This document shows positions 28,376 to 37,829 of a DNA stretch of 64,000 nucleotides, piece by piece. The stretch is taken from the NCBI GenBank assembly GCA_043811395.1, contig JBDRNE010000025.1, forward strand, positions 7,137 through 71,136, read 5' to 3'. Position numbers and translations under genes: made by a program. The notes under the pieces were generated by a model. It made no database searches. It was not told where the DNA came from and worked only from the letters and a program-made list of their open reading frames with translations. Position 1 is the stretch's first letter; every line of letters starts with the position of its first letter. Source of the stretch: Candidatus Omnitrophota bacterium. Lineage in GTDB: Bacteria > Omnitrophota > Gorgyraeia > Tantalellales > Tantalellaceae.

Positions 28376-29248
28376 ATGAATAAATTGATGGTTAAAGGTA
28401 AAAAAGCTTTGAAATTTATGGTTTTTAACCCTAGAGAATTTATTGCGAGGCTAAAACTAAATTTGTATCCGTTGTTCTTTAAAGCTCAGTCCGGAAAAGT
28501 ATTGCTGAACGGTATTTGTTTCCAAATTGATCTTGATTATGATGTTGTAATGCGCAATATGTACTATGGGCTTTATGAGAGCGTGATCAGTTCTTTGTTG
28601 AAAAAGTATCTTCGGGAAGGTGATGTGTTCATTGATGCGGGTGCGAATATCGGGTATATGTCAGCTTTTGCTTTGGGTATGGTAGGTAAAACCGGTGAAG
28701 TTCATTCTTTCGAACCGGTCCCGCGGTATTTTAAACGGCTCGAGAGAATTAAAGAAGATAATCCAGAGTATAATATTTTCGCGAATAATACCGCGCTTGG
28801 AGAAAAAGAAGAAACTTTAAGTATTAAGGTTACGAATGTCCGGAATATTGGGTGGAACACTATGGTTCCGGACTTTATGGACGAGAGCGCGGTGAAAGAA
28901 GAAATACCGGTTAGTGTTATGAGGTTGGATGAGTATATTTTTTCTAAAGAAATTGAAAATGTACGTTTGATAAAAATAGATGTGGAAGGATATGAGTTTC
29001 CCGTACTTAAAGGGCTCAACAAATACTTATCAGGTGCGAAACAACTGCCGATTATTATTGCTGAAATTGTTCCGGATAGTTATCCAAGGCTAAATAGTAC
29101 GCTCCATGAATTTTCTAAATATATGCGAAGATTTAGATATCAGGCATATAGTGTTGATTCGAGACGCGAGATTGAGATTACATCATTAGCCATAACAACC
29201 GATGTGGTATTTTTACCGGAGTTTGTCAACGACAGCTCGAAGAATTAA
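28376..29248 (+). CDS. FkbM-family methyltransferase
   Basis: FIDAGANIG, SFEP, IKIDVEGYE. Confidence 0.92.
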   Translation: MNKLMVKGKKALKFMVFNPREFIARLKLNLYPLFFKAQSGKVLLNGICFQIDLDYDVVMRNMYYGLYESVISSLLKKYLREGDVFIDAGANIGYMSAFALGMVGKTGEVHSFEPVPRYFKRLERIKEDNPEYNIFANNTALGEKEETLSIKVTNVRNIGWNTMVPDFMDESAVKEEIPVSVMRLDEYIFSKEIENVRLIKIDVEGYEFPVLKGLNKYLSGAKQLPIIIAEIVPDSYPRLNSTLHEFSKYMRRFRYQAYSVDSRREIEITSLAITTDVVFLPEFVNDSSKN

Positions 29249-29335
29249 GTTATTTTGCAAAAGTAAAGGGTGTTGTCTTAGGGGAACATTGACCAATGCT
29301 TCGGCATGGGGTGTTGCTAGGGGGGGTATTTAGGC

Positions 29336-30016
29336 ATGGACGAGAAAAAAACTCGTGAACCGCAATATCAAATAACGGTGGATTTGTGTAAGGAAAAGGG
29401 GCTGACGCGGTTGGGGCTGATGACCAATCAGGTCTGGCATGACGATCCGCGACGTATGCTTTTTATTTTGGCAAGGTATAAGTTCGTGGCTAAAATGCTA
29501 AGCGGAAAGGGAAAAGTTCTGGAAGTTGGATGCGGAGACGCATTCGGTACGCGTATCGTTCTCCAGGAGGTTGGTATGGTTTGTGCCGTTGATTTCGATC
29601 CCGTTTTTATTGAAGACGTCAATGAAAGAATGGAAGAGCGGTGGGAGTTTGAGTGTAAGGTACATGATATTCTTTCAGCGCCAGTTGAAGGCGTTTTTGA
29701 CGCGGCATATTCTATTGATGTGATTGAACATATACCAAGTGACCTGGAATGGAAATTTATGCAAAATGTCGTGAGTTCTCTTAGTGATAAGGGTACTTTT
29801 ATAATTGGAGTTCCGTCAAGTCAATCCCAGGAATATGCTTCGGAATCGAGCAGAAAGGGACACGTTAATTGCAAAGATTACCAAGGGCTTGATAGTCTTA
29901 TGAAAAAATATTTTCACAATATTTTTATTTTTTCGATGAATGACGAAGTCGTTCATACGGGGTTTTCTCCAATGGCGCATTACTTATTTGCGATTGGTGT
30001 CAATAAGAAACAGTGA
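29336..30016 (+). CDS. Class I SAM-dependent methyltransferase
   Basis: VLEVGCGD, DVIEHI. Confidence 0.85.
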   Translation: MDEKKTREPQYQITVDLCKEKGLTRLGLMTNQVWHDDPRRMLFILARYKFVAKMLSGKGKVLEVGCGDAFGTRIVLQEVGMVCAVDFDPVFIEDVNERMEERWEFECKVHDILSAPVEGVFDAAYSIDVIEHIPSDLEWKFMQNVVSSLSDKGTFIIGVPSSQSQEYASESSRKGHVNCKDYQGLDSLMKKYFHNIFIFSMNDEVVHTGFSPMAHYLFAIGVNKKQ

Positions 30017-30169
30017 TATAACATGTTGTATAAGGGTTTCATTCAGATCATAACTTTTATGTCAGATGAATCTGTTTTTGTGAGTGATATGTTTGATATC
30101 TTATAAAGTTATCTTTGTTTTAGGTCTCAGAGTGAAAGAAAAGTTTTATGTTTATAGAAACATGTGACG

Positions 30170-30505
30170 TTTCAGGTTTTGGAAAAACGCAGAGAGGTGT
30201 GATACCTGTAGGAACTATGTTATTTTCGAAGGAATGTGATATTGCTATCGAGAATGATGTTTCAATTGGCTCTAGTGTGCATATGTGTAGTCAATCATAA
30301 ATTTAAAGATACAGAGGTGGTCAATTATTCGATCAGGGGTTTTTCCCTTATCAAGAGGTGGTGTTAAAAAAGGGCTCTTGGCTCAGGGCAAATGTTACAA
30401 TTTTCCCGGGGGGTGACCGTTAGAAAGAATGTTGTGGTTGGTGCGGGTAGTGTTGTTACCAAAAGTATTCAGGATAGGGTGATAGTAGCAAGTTGTTCTC
30501 AATAA
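30170..30505 (+). pseudogene. Frameshifted hexapeptide-repeat (LbH) acyltransferase remnant
   Basis: Pieces in different frames: CDIAIENDVSIGSSVHM / NHKFKD / DQGFFPYQEVVLKKGSWLRANVTIFPG / VTVRKNVVVGAGSVVTKSIQDRVIVA; 5' boundary approximate. Confidence 0.8.
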
Positions 30506-30521
30506 TATCAAAAAAATAAAA

Positions 30522-32330
30522 ATGGCCATTGGAATTTTGAATAATACATATAGATATATATTTTTGGTCCAAAATAGGGATTTTTGGAGAGCGCTTCCTT
30601 TTTCCTATGATAAAGAAAAAGATCTTGTTTTGACTTTTGATTTCGGGTTAAAACAGGAAATTCTTGGTCAAGGCGGCAAGGTTGACTTTATTGATCATCT
30701 TGTTGATGATGATCAAATGGAAGGCTATAATTTCGAAGCGTATAAGTTCTTTGACCGATGGCATTATGACAAAGATGGAAATGATATTTTTATGTACAAA
30801 GGCATTGAAGTCGGAAATATTTTTAGAATAGAAATTTGGAATGAAATTACGTATTATCCAAGAATGTTTTTAAACGTGCATGAAATCTTAAAAATAAAAT
30901 GTAAAGAAATTTTAGTAGGAGTTAATGATAAGTATTTACTTGATATTTTAAACTTACTGAAAGTAAAGGCGGGATATTGGACTATTGATAAAAAGAATAT
31001 ATGCAAAAATTATTATTTCCCAATATTTCAGTGGGTAAATGAAGGTATGTACTCTTTTAAAAGAAATTCTGGTAAAAGAAAAATTAAAAATTTTTTATGG
31101 TATTGTCTGGACAAAATACTAAATTTGCTAGATAAATTTAGTATTTTCGCTAAAAACAAAAAATATGTGTTTGCTTTAGAGTATTATCCAACAAGGAGTC
31201 TGATAAAAAGGCTTATCAGGGAAAATAAGGTTAGAATTGCCGTGGTAGATTATTGTTTGGATGAAAATCTATTTGTGCAGAGAAGATTGCCACCGACTAA
31301 CAATTTTTCTTTTCGAGATAGACAAAAATCAGAAAAATTGATTAAAAAATTTTTAGCAGAAAAACATGAAAAGTGGATACTTAAAAATATTGATATAAGC
31401 GAAAGGCTTTACACAATAATCATTAGGAGAATAAGAGATTCTTTCCCGCGTTATATAAAAATTTTAGATACGATTGTAAAATTTTTTGACAAAAAAGCAT
31501 TGTCTTTGATGATTACAGTTTCGAATATCGGAATAGTAAATTGTTTGGTGGCTAATTATTGCAAAAAAAACGATATACCGGTTTATCTTATCGTCAACGG
31601 TTTTTTGGGTAAGGCGTATCTTTCTGAAGCTAAAGAAGCTACTTGGATAAATTCTTATGGTAGATCTATGAAAGAAAATTATTTTAGGGACATGAAGAAT
31701 GTGGTTTGTCTGGGGGATCCGCGAATGGATAGCTATATGGAAAGTTCCGCAAAGAAAAGCATAAATACGGAAACCCCCACGATTGTTATTGGTGCCGGCG
31801 GGTTTAGTAATATTGATTTAAATTCATATGTTGCCTTTGAATTTGATTTTCTGAACGATATAATGGCGGCTTGCCGGAAGCTTCGGGAAAACGGTAGAAA
31901 AATGGATATTATAATAAAAGTTCGTACAAATGGTTATATGGAACAGTATTTAAATTTTGTTAAAGAGTATTATAACGATTTTCATATTCAACTATACGAC
32001 AAGGTTTCAATGAAAGAAGTTCTTGAAAAAGCTGATTTTTATATTTCAATCTATTCTCAAACGTTGTTTGAAGCGTCATGCCTGGGGATTCCAGTTCTTT
32101 TTTACAAGAAGGATACGGAAAAATCGTATCCGCCTTTTGACGGTAAATCAGAGTTAGTAACCGCTTTTTCTTTCGAAGATTTGCTCGAGAAAATGGAGTT
32201 ATTCTATAAAAGTGATTCGATATTTGATGGTTTTAAAAAGAAAGAGAAAATGGAGAAATATATAGGTCTTCTTGATGGTCATAATTTAGAGCGGAATAAA
32301 GAATTTATTTATTCAAAGATAGCCCAGTAA
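30522..32330 (+). CDS. Putative GT-B fold surface-glycan transferase
   Basis: C-terminal LGDPRMD, IIIKVR, SQTLFEASCLGIPV pattern typical of GT-B/TagF/sialyltransferase-like proteins; specificity unknown. Confidence 0.55.
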   Translation: MAIGILNNTYRYIFLVQNRDFWRALPFSYDKEKDLVLTFDFGLKQEILGQGGKVDFIDHLVDDDQMEGYNFEAYKFFDRWHYDKDGNDIFMYKGIEVGNIFRIEIWNEITYYPRMFLNVHEILKIKCKEILVGVNDKYLLDILNLLKVKAGYWTIDKKNICKNYYFPIFQWVNEGMYSFKRNSGKRKIKNFLWYCLDKILNLLDKFSIFAKNKKYVFALEYYPTRSLIKRLIRENKVRIAVVDYCLDENLFVQRRLPPTNNFSFRDRQKSEKLIKKFLAEKHEKWILKNIDISERLYTIIIRRIRDSFPRYIKILDTIVKFFDKKALSLMITVSNIGIVNCLVANYCKKNDIPVYLIVNGFLGKAYLSEAKEATWINSYGRSMKENYFRDMKNVVCLGDPRMDSYMESSAKKSINTETPTIVIGAGGFSNIDLNSYVAFEFDFLNDIMAACRKLRENGRKMDIIIKVRTNGYMEQYLNFVKEYYNDFHIQLYDKVSMKEVLEKADFYISIYSQTLFEASCLGIPVLFYKKDTEKSYPPFDGKSELVTAFSFEDLLEKMELFYKSDSIFDGFKKKEKMEKYIGLLDGHNLERNKEFIYSKIAQ

Positions 32331-32364
32331 TTTTTATTCGAAAAACAATAGGAACGGAAATATA

Positions 32365-33039
32365 GTGAAAAAAGTATTATTAAAAAATATCGTTAATAGT
32401 TTGAGAATGTGGTGGAGTTCGATATTTAATTTAACTGAGTTACAAAAGAGGCATCCTACCTGTCATTTTTATTCAGGCGCGGTTGTTGATGCTAATTCTT
32501 CACTCGGAAAATACAATATAATCTGTGAGAATACTAAAATTATTGATTCGACAGTAGCGGATTATACTAATATCCAAAAAAATTCGTGTATTATTTCAGC
32601 TGATATTGGTAGGTTTTGTTCTATTGCTTCAAGAGTCAGTATTGGCTTAGGTAGGCATCCCACTACGTATGTCAGTACCCATCCGGCATTTTATTCATTG
32701 ACCCAACCACTTGCGAAAACATTTAGTGAAAGGGATCGATATAATGTTTTTAAACGTACTTGTATCGGACACGATGTTTGGATAGGAGAAAATGCCATGA
32801 TTATTGATGGTATTAAGATAGGAACAGGCGCGGTTATTGCGGCAGGAGCGTTTGTTATAAATTCAGTTCCGCCGTACGCGGTTGTTGTGGGGGCTCCAGC
32901 AACAGTAATGTTGTATCGTTTTGATAAGGAAACGAGAGATGCGCTTTTAGAAACTAAGTGGTGGGAAAGACCCGAAAAATGGCTCCAGGAACATTATAAA
33001 AGCTTTGATAATGTTGATAATTTTTTGAAACTTTTTTAA
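32365..33039 (+). CDS. CatB/Vat-related (XAT) hexapeptide O-acetyltransferase
   Basis: IGRFCSIA, HPT..VSTHP, IGHDVWIG, WWE C-terminal helix. Confidence 0.88.
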   Translation: MKKVLLKNIVNSLRMWWSSIFNLTELQKRHPTCHFYSGAVVDANSSLGKYNIICENTKIIDSTVADYTNIQKNSCIISADIGRFCSIASRVSIGLGRHPTTYVSTHPAFYSLTQPLAKTFSERDRYNVFKRTCIGHDVWIGENAMIIDGIKIGTGAVIAAGAFVINSVPPYAVVVGAPATVMLYRFDKETRDALLETKWWERPEKWLQEHYKSFDNVDNFLKLF

Positions 33040-33057
33040 AATGGATAGAAGTATAGA

Positions 33058-33657
33058 ATGAAAAAAATAATAAATAGAATGTGCGCGTTAATTAGGTTGA
33101 CTAGTAAGTACATTGTTAGCAGAAACCGTTTTGAATACTTCGCGCGTAATTCCTATTACCAAAAGCCTTTAAGAATAATAGGAGGTAAATACATCAAGAT
33201 TTATGAAAATGTTAGTATAAAGAAATATATTTCGTTAGAGGCGAAAAAGATTTATGCGGAAAATCCGGAAATAGTTTTTGGAAAAGGATCTGTAATCGGG
33301 GATTTTAATCATATAAGTGCTGTTAAAAGAATTATAATTGGGGAATATGTTTGTACGGCGAATGGGATCTACATTTCAGATTATATGCCATCAAATTATG
33401 ATAAGAAGAGTGCCGTTAGGAATCAAGCTCCGAACCTTATTTCTGATGTATACATTGGTGATGGAACGTGGATAGGGGAAAATGTTGCGATTATGTGTGC
33501 TAAAATTGGAAAGAATTGCGTGATTGGTGCTAATTCAGTTGTGACATCAGATATTCCAGATTATTCTGTTGTTGTAGGAAATCCTGGGAAAATAATTTCT
33601 AATCTTAAATTGAAAAATATGACAAGAAAACGTGAAATTAGTAAAACGTATTATTAG
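33058..33657 (+). CDS. Hexapeptide-repeat acyltransferase
   Basis: IGDGTWIGEN, IGKNCVIGANSVV..DIPDYSVVVGNP. Confidence 0.85.
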   Translation: MKKIINRMCALIRLTSKYIVSRNRFEYFARNSYYQKPLRIIGGKYIKIYENVSIKKYISLEAKKIYAENPEIVFGKGSVIGDFNHISAVKRIIIGEYVCTANGIYISDYMPSNYDKKSAVRNQAPNLISDVYIGDGTWIGENVAIMCAKIGKNCVIGANSVVTSDIPDYSVVVGNPGKIISNLKLKNMTRKREISKTYY

Positions 33658-33668
33658 AGGAGTTATTG

Positions 33669-34211
33669 ATGGTAAGTAGGTTTGTCGAACGTGCGAGAAA
33701 ATGGTTTTTTTTTATACGTAATTGTCGTAAATACAAACATTTAGGAGAAGGTGCCTTTATTAGTAGACCATTACGTCTAAATGGTAGGAAATATATTTCG
33801 TTAATGAAAAATGTTGTAATAAATGAGTTTGCATGGCTTATTGCTTTTAAAGTTGATAAGAACGATCCTGAACTAATCTTTGGTGAAGGTGTTCAGGTTG
33901 AACCTGTTAGTCATATTGCCGCAGTAAGAAGAGTAGTTATAGATAGCGATGTTTATATTTCTTCACGTGTATTTATTTCTGACAATACACATGTTTTTGA
34001 TGATATAAATACGCCAATAGCGTTACAACCTATTCGATTTAATTCGGAAGTATATATCGGAAAAGGGTCATGGATAGGTCAAAATGTTTGTATCATAGGC
34101 GCAAAAATTGGGAAAAATTGTTTTATAATGCCTAATTCGGTTGTTTTAAATGATATTCCAGATTATTCCGTAGCTTCAGGAGCGCCTGCAGTGGTTGTCA
34201 ATATAGTATGA
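33669..34211 (+). CDS. Hexapeptide-repeat acyltransferase (tandem paralog of 33058)
   Basis: IGKGSWIGQN, IGKNC, DIPDYSVASGAPA; similar to the upstream gene. Confidence 0.85.
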   Translation: MVSRFVERARKWFFFIRNCRKYKHLGEGAFISRPLRLNGRKYISLMKNVVINEFAWLIAFKVDKNDPELIFGEGVQVEPVSHIAAVRRVVIDSDVYISSRVFISDNTHVFDDINTPIALQPIRFNSEVYIGKGSWIGQNVCIIGAKIGKNCFIMPNSVVLNDIPDYSVASGAPAVVVNIV

Positions 34212-34260
34212 TGTAAATGATATGACGTGATCGTGAATAAATATTTAAAAGAGAGGTGTT

Positions 34261-35259
34261 ATGGATGTTAAAATCAGTGCTGTTGAATACTTTTTGCCCA
34301 AAAAGGTTTTGTCGAATACTGATTTAGAAAGGCAGTTCTATGGGTGGGATGCGGATAAGGTTGAAAAAAAAATCGGCATTAAAAGTCGACATATAGTCGA
34401 TGAGAATGAAACTGCTATGGATTTAGCGTATGAAGCCGCTATTAAAGTGTTTAAAAATTTTAATAAAGAAAAGATAGATTTTTTGATTTTTTGTACTCAA
34501 AGTCCGGATTATTATTTGCCCTCATGTGCATGCATACTTCAAGATCGATTGCATCTTAAAACAACGGTTGGAGCTTTTGATATTAATCAGGGATGTTCCG
34601 GGTATATTTATGGTCTTGCGGTAGCTAAAGGATTAATTCAATCAAAAATTGCAAGACATATTCTGTTTATAACAGCAGAAACATATACCAAGCACATATA
34701 TCATAAGGATAAAAGTAATCGGACAATTTTTGGAGACGCGGCTTCCGCGACAATTATAGAAAAATCCGAAAATAGGGGCATCTTTGAGTTTGTTTTTGGA
34801 ACCGATGGGAGCGGAGCTAAAAACCTAATCGTTCCGAATGGAGGGTTGCGCAATAGATATAATTTGGAAGAAAAAGAAGTTGAGGACTATAATGGGAATA
34901 TAAGAACTGACAATAATTTATACATGAATGGACCGGAAATATTTAAGTTTACAATTGATGCCGTTCCAAAAATATTTTCTGAAATATTGCGGGTTAATGG
35001 ATTAGATCTTGATACTGTTGACTATATCATTTTTCATCAGGCAAACAAATATATGATTGAATATCTGAGAGATAAGATTAAAATTCCGCGTAAAAAATTT
35101 TACTTAGATCTAGTACATGTAGGAAATACAGTTTCATCGACTATTCCGATTGCGCTTAAAGAAAGTATAAGCAAAACTAATGTTGTTAAAGGGGACAAAA
35201 TACTTTTACTTGGTTTCGGTGTTGGATATTCGTGGGGAGGAACAGTAATTCAACTTTAA
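34261..35259 (+). CDS. 3-oxoacyl-ACP synthase III (FabH-like)
   Basis: Catalytic Cys (QGCSG), HQAN, GNTVSSTIP, FGDAASA, GFGVG. Confidence 0.92.
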   Translation: MDVKISAVEYFLPKKVLSNTDLERQFYGWDADKVEKKIGIKSRHIVDENETAMDLAYEAAIKVFKNFNKEKIDFLIFCTQSPDYYLPSCACILQDRLHLKTTVGAFDINQGCSGYIYGLAVAKGLIQSKIARHILFITAETYTKHIYHKDKSNRTIFGDAASATIIEKSENRGIFEFVFGTDGSGAKNLIVPNGGLRNRYNLEEKEVEDYNGNIRTDNNLYMNGPEIFKFTIDAVPKIFSEILRVNGLDLDTVDYIIFHQANKYMIEYLRDKIKIPRKKFYLDLVHVGNTVSSTIPIALKESISKTNVVKGDKILLLGFGVGYSWGGTVIQL

Positions 35260-35283
35260 AATGATCTTGGATAGGGAGGAACA

Positions 35284-35514
35284 GTGAAAAAAATAGAGTT
35301 TTTTGAGGAATTAAAAAAAGTTTTAGAAATTGAAGGTGAAATAGATGAAAATACAAATTTAAAAGATTTAGAAACATATGATTCATTATCAAATCTTGTT
35401 CTTATAGCTTTTGTTGATTCCAAGTTTAAAAAAAGAATGGGTGCGGAAGAAGTGGTATCCATTACTACGATAAAAAGTTTAATGGAAATTATAGGACTTG
35501 AGAATTTCGAGTGA
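35284..35514 (+). CDS. Acyl carrier protein
   Basis: 76 aa acidic protein with YDSL phosphopantetheine-site motif; GGGAGG SD. Confidence 0.85.
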   Translation: MKKIEFFEELKKVLEIEGEIDENTNLKDLETYDSLSNLVLIAFVDSKFKKRMGAEEVVSITTIKSLMEIIGLENFE

Positions 35515-35522
35515 GGTATAAA

Positions 35523-36287
35523 ATGAATAAATATTTAACTGATTTAAATGGAAAAAATATTTTGATAACGGGAGCTTCGCGTGGTATTGGCAAAGAGTGT
35601 GCTATTGCCGCGAATAGACTTGGTGCAAACGTGTGCCTGGTTGCTAGAAACATGGAAAAAATCAAAAAAACTTTGGACATAATAGAAAAAGAAAAAAGTT
35701 GTTATTACGCGGTGGATGTTACGGATTATCTACAAGTTGAAGATGTTGTGAATGTGTTTGTTGAGAAATTCGGTAGAATTGATGGTTTTATTCATTCTGC
35801 TGGGTTTGAAGAGAGTGTTCCGCTACAAGTAATTTCGAGTGAAAATTATGAAAAATTATTTGCAACGAATGTTATAGCTGGATTTGAATTTGCTAAAGTA
35901 ATATCTAAAAAAAGATTTTTAAATCCAAACGGCGCAAGTTTTGTTTTTATTGCATCTGTTATGGGGATTGTGGGACAGGCGGCAAAGATTGGATATTGTG
36001 CTAGTAAAGGTGCGTTAATAGCCGGGGCAAGAGCAATGGCGGTGGAGTTAGCAAAGAAAAAAATTAGAGTGAATTGTGTTTCTCCTGGAATGGTTGAGAC
36101 GGAAATCGCAGAAAATATATTTAAAATGATATCCGAAGAACAAAAAAGAGCGGTAGTTTTAGGGCACCCTTTAGGGATAGGAAGTCCTGAAGATGTAGCA
36201 GGATTATGTTCATTTCTTTTGTCAGACCAAGCTAAGTGGATAACTGGTACGAATATAATTATTGATGGTGGTTATAGCGCAGTCTGA
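35523..36287 (+). CDS. SDR oxidoreductase (FabG-like ketoacyl reductase)
   Basis: TGASRGIG, YCASK, RVNCVSPG, ITGTNIIIDGG. Confidence 0.9.
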   Translation: MNKYLTDLNGKNILITGASRGIGKECAIAANRLGANVCLVARNMEKIKKTLDIIEKEKSCYYAVDVTDYLQVEDVVNVFVEKFGRIDGFIHSAGFEESVPLQVISSENYEKLFATNVIAGFEFAKVISKKRFLNPNGASFVFIASVMGIVGQAAKIGYCASKGALIAGARAMAVELAKKKIRVNCVSPGMVETEIAENIFKMISEEQKRAVVLGHPLGIGSPEDVAGLCSFLLSDQAKWITGTNIIIDGGYSAV

Positions 36288-36313
36288 CGTGGTATCGATA
36301 AAAGGATGCAAAA

Positions 36314-37828
36314 ATGATAGCGAATATAGCTTTATTTTCATTTTTAGATAACAGTATCAATACAAGATTACTTTCGTCTTATCTAAAAAAAAACGGTTAC
36401 GAAGTTACTTGTTTCTTTTGTGAAGGTTCTTTGAATAGATGTAATTCGCGGGAACTTATACGAATTTTAAAGGAAAAGAAGATTGATTTTGCCGGAGTTA
36501 GTCTGGTAACTGATAATTTTTTGTCTGCTGTTACTTTGACAAAAATCATAAAAGAGGATTTACATATTCCGGTTATTTGGGGCGGGGCTCATGTAAATGT
36601 TATGCCGGAAGAGTGTTTGCGTTACGCGGATATGATTTGCCTGGGAGAAGGTGAAGAGGCTTTGCTGGAAGTAGCAAATAGTATCTCCCAAAATAAGCAT
36701 AATACGGAAATAAAGAACATTTGGTTTAAAGACCGTGGTAATATTATACGGAACGAACTGCGTTCTTTGGAAGAAAACCTTGATAAGTACCCTTTTCCGG
36801 ATTTTGATTTTGATACCCAGTATTTTATGAATTCAGAAGATTTTTCTCAGAGAAGTCGTCAAAAAAAAACGTTAGAATATAGTTTGATGACTTCTCGGGG
36901 GTGCCCTTATCGATGTTCTTATTGTTATAATAGCTATCGTTGGAAAAATTACGCGGGTAAGGGTAAGTATGTGAGAACCAGAAGTATAGAAAATGTGATA
37001 GAAGAATTAGTTTCTGCTAAACAGTATTTTGGCAAGATAGAAAGAGTTAACATTTGGGATGACAGCTTTTTAGTGCGAGACATTGATAATTTGCTGAAAT
37101 TCAAAGAGCTGTATGTCAGAAAAATTAATATTCCGTTTTTTATTATGGCTGAGCCTATGGCTTTTAACGAAGAGAAAATAAAAATTCTTAAGAACTCTGG
37201 ATTGAGCGAGATACAAATGGGTATTCAGTCAGGGAGTGAACGGGTTAACCGCGACGTATATAATAGGCCAATTTCCAATGAAAAGATTTTAGATATCTCT
37301 CGTGTTATACATCAATTGGGAATTCGCGTGAAATACGACATAATTTTTAACAATCCGTATGAAAATAAGGACGATTTACTGGAAACCATCGGACTTTTAA
37401 GGCGGTTTCCAAAACCTTTTTTCTTACAGGGATACAATTTAATTTTTTATCCGGGAACAGAAATTACGGAAACAGCTTTAAAAGACCAATATATTTCAAA
37501 GAAAGCGCAAAGAAAAGAGGATTTTTCGACCATACAGGGAAAAAATAATTCACCAATTGCTTTGGATAAAAAGGATATAGTTAGCAGTAGGTTTTATGAC
37601 ATAGAATATAGAACAAAAGAGAAAGATTATTTAAATATTGTTATTTCAACCTTGGGATTTAAGTATGTACCGGATGGATTTTTGGATTTTATGATAAAAT
37701 CAGAAACGGTTTTTAAACAAAAAATGTTGAGAATGCTAATAAGGTTGTATTTAAGTTTAGGGCGGGTAAAAAGGTTTATTGATAGCGCGAGAAACGCGTA
37801 TTTTATGAAAACATTAAAAAGGACTTGA
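36314..37828 (+). CDS. Cobalamin-binding radical SAM protein
   Basis: WGGAH, GEGE, TSRGCPYRCSYC, WDDSF, GIQSGSE. Confidence 0.92.
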   Translation: MIANIALFSFLDNSINTRLLSSYLKKNGYEVTCFFCEGSLNRCNSRELIRILKEKKIDFAGVSLVTDNFLSAVTLTKIIKEDLHIPVIWGGAHVNVMPEECLRYADMICLGEGEEALLEVANSISQNKHNTEIKNIWFKDRGNIIRNELRSLEENLDKYPFPDFDFDTQYFMNSEDFSQRSRQKKTLEYSLMTSRGCPYRCSYCYNSYRWKNYAGKGKYVRTRSIENVIEELVSAKQYFGKIERVNIWDDSFLVRDIDNLLKFKELYVRKINIPFFIMAEPMAFNEEKIKILKNSGLSEIQMGIQSGSERVNRDVYNRPISNEKILDISRVIHQLGIRVKYDIIFNNPYENKDDLLETIGLLRRFPKPFFLQGYNLIFYPGTEITETALKDQYISKKAQRKEDFSTIQGKNNSPIALDKKDIVSSRFYDIEYRTKEKDYLNIVISTLGFKYVPDGFLDFMIKSETVFKQKMLRMLIRLYLSLGRVKRFIDSARNAYFMKTLKRT

Positions 37829-37829
37829 T

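Noticed and set aside
30522-32330. Definite sialyl/nonulosonate transferase
   Set aside because: Only generic GT-B-like motifs and no neuA/neuB-type genes in the window to support it
32365-33039. Antibiotic-resistance acetyltransferase (CatB/Vat)
   Set aside because: Same fold, but context among glycan acyltransferases points to sugar O-acetylation; no mobile-element or integron context
34261-36287. Housekeeping fatty-acid synthesis operon
   Set aside because: No plsX/fabD/fabF; ACP is divergent from AcpP; embedded among acyltransferases of the glycan locus
4041-37828. Secondary-metabolite (aminoglycoside, RiPP or PKS) cluster
   Set aside because: No precursor peptide, DOI synthase, elongating KS or NRPS seen; Wzz, Wzy-like, WecA and many GTs indicate a surface glycan, though a small-molecule product cannot be fully excluded
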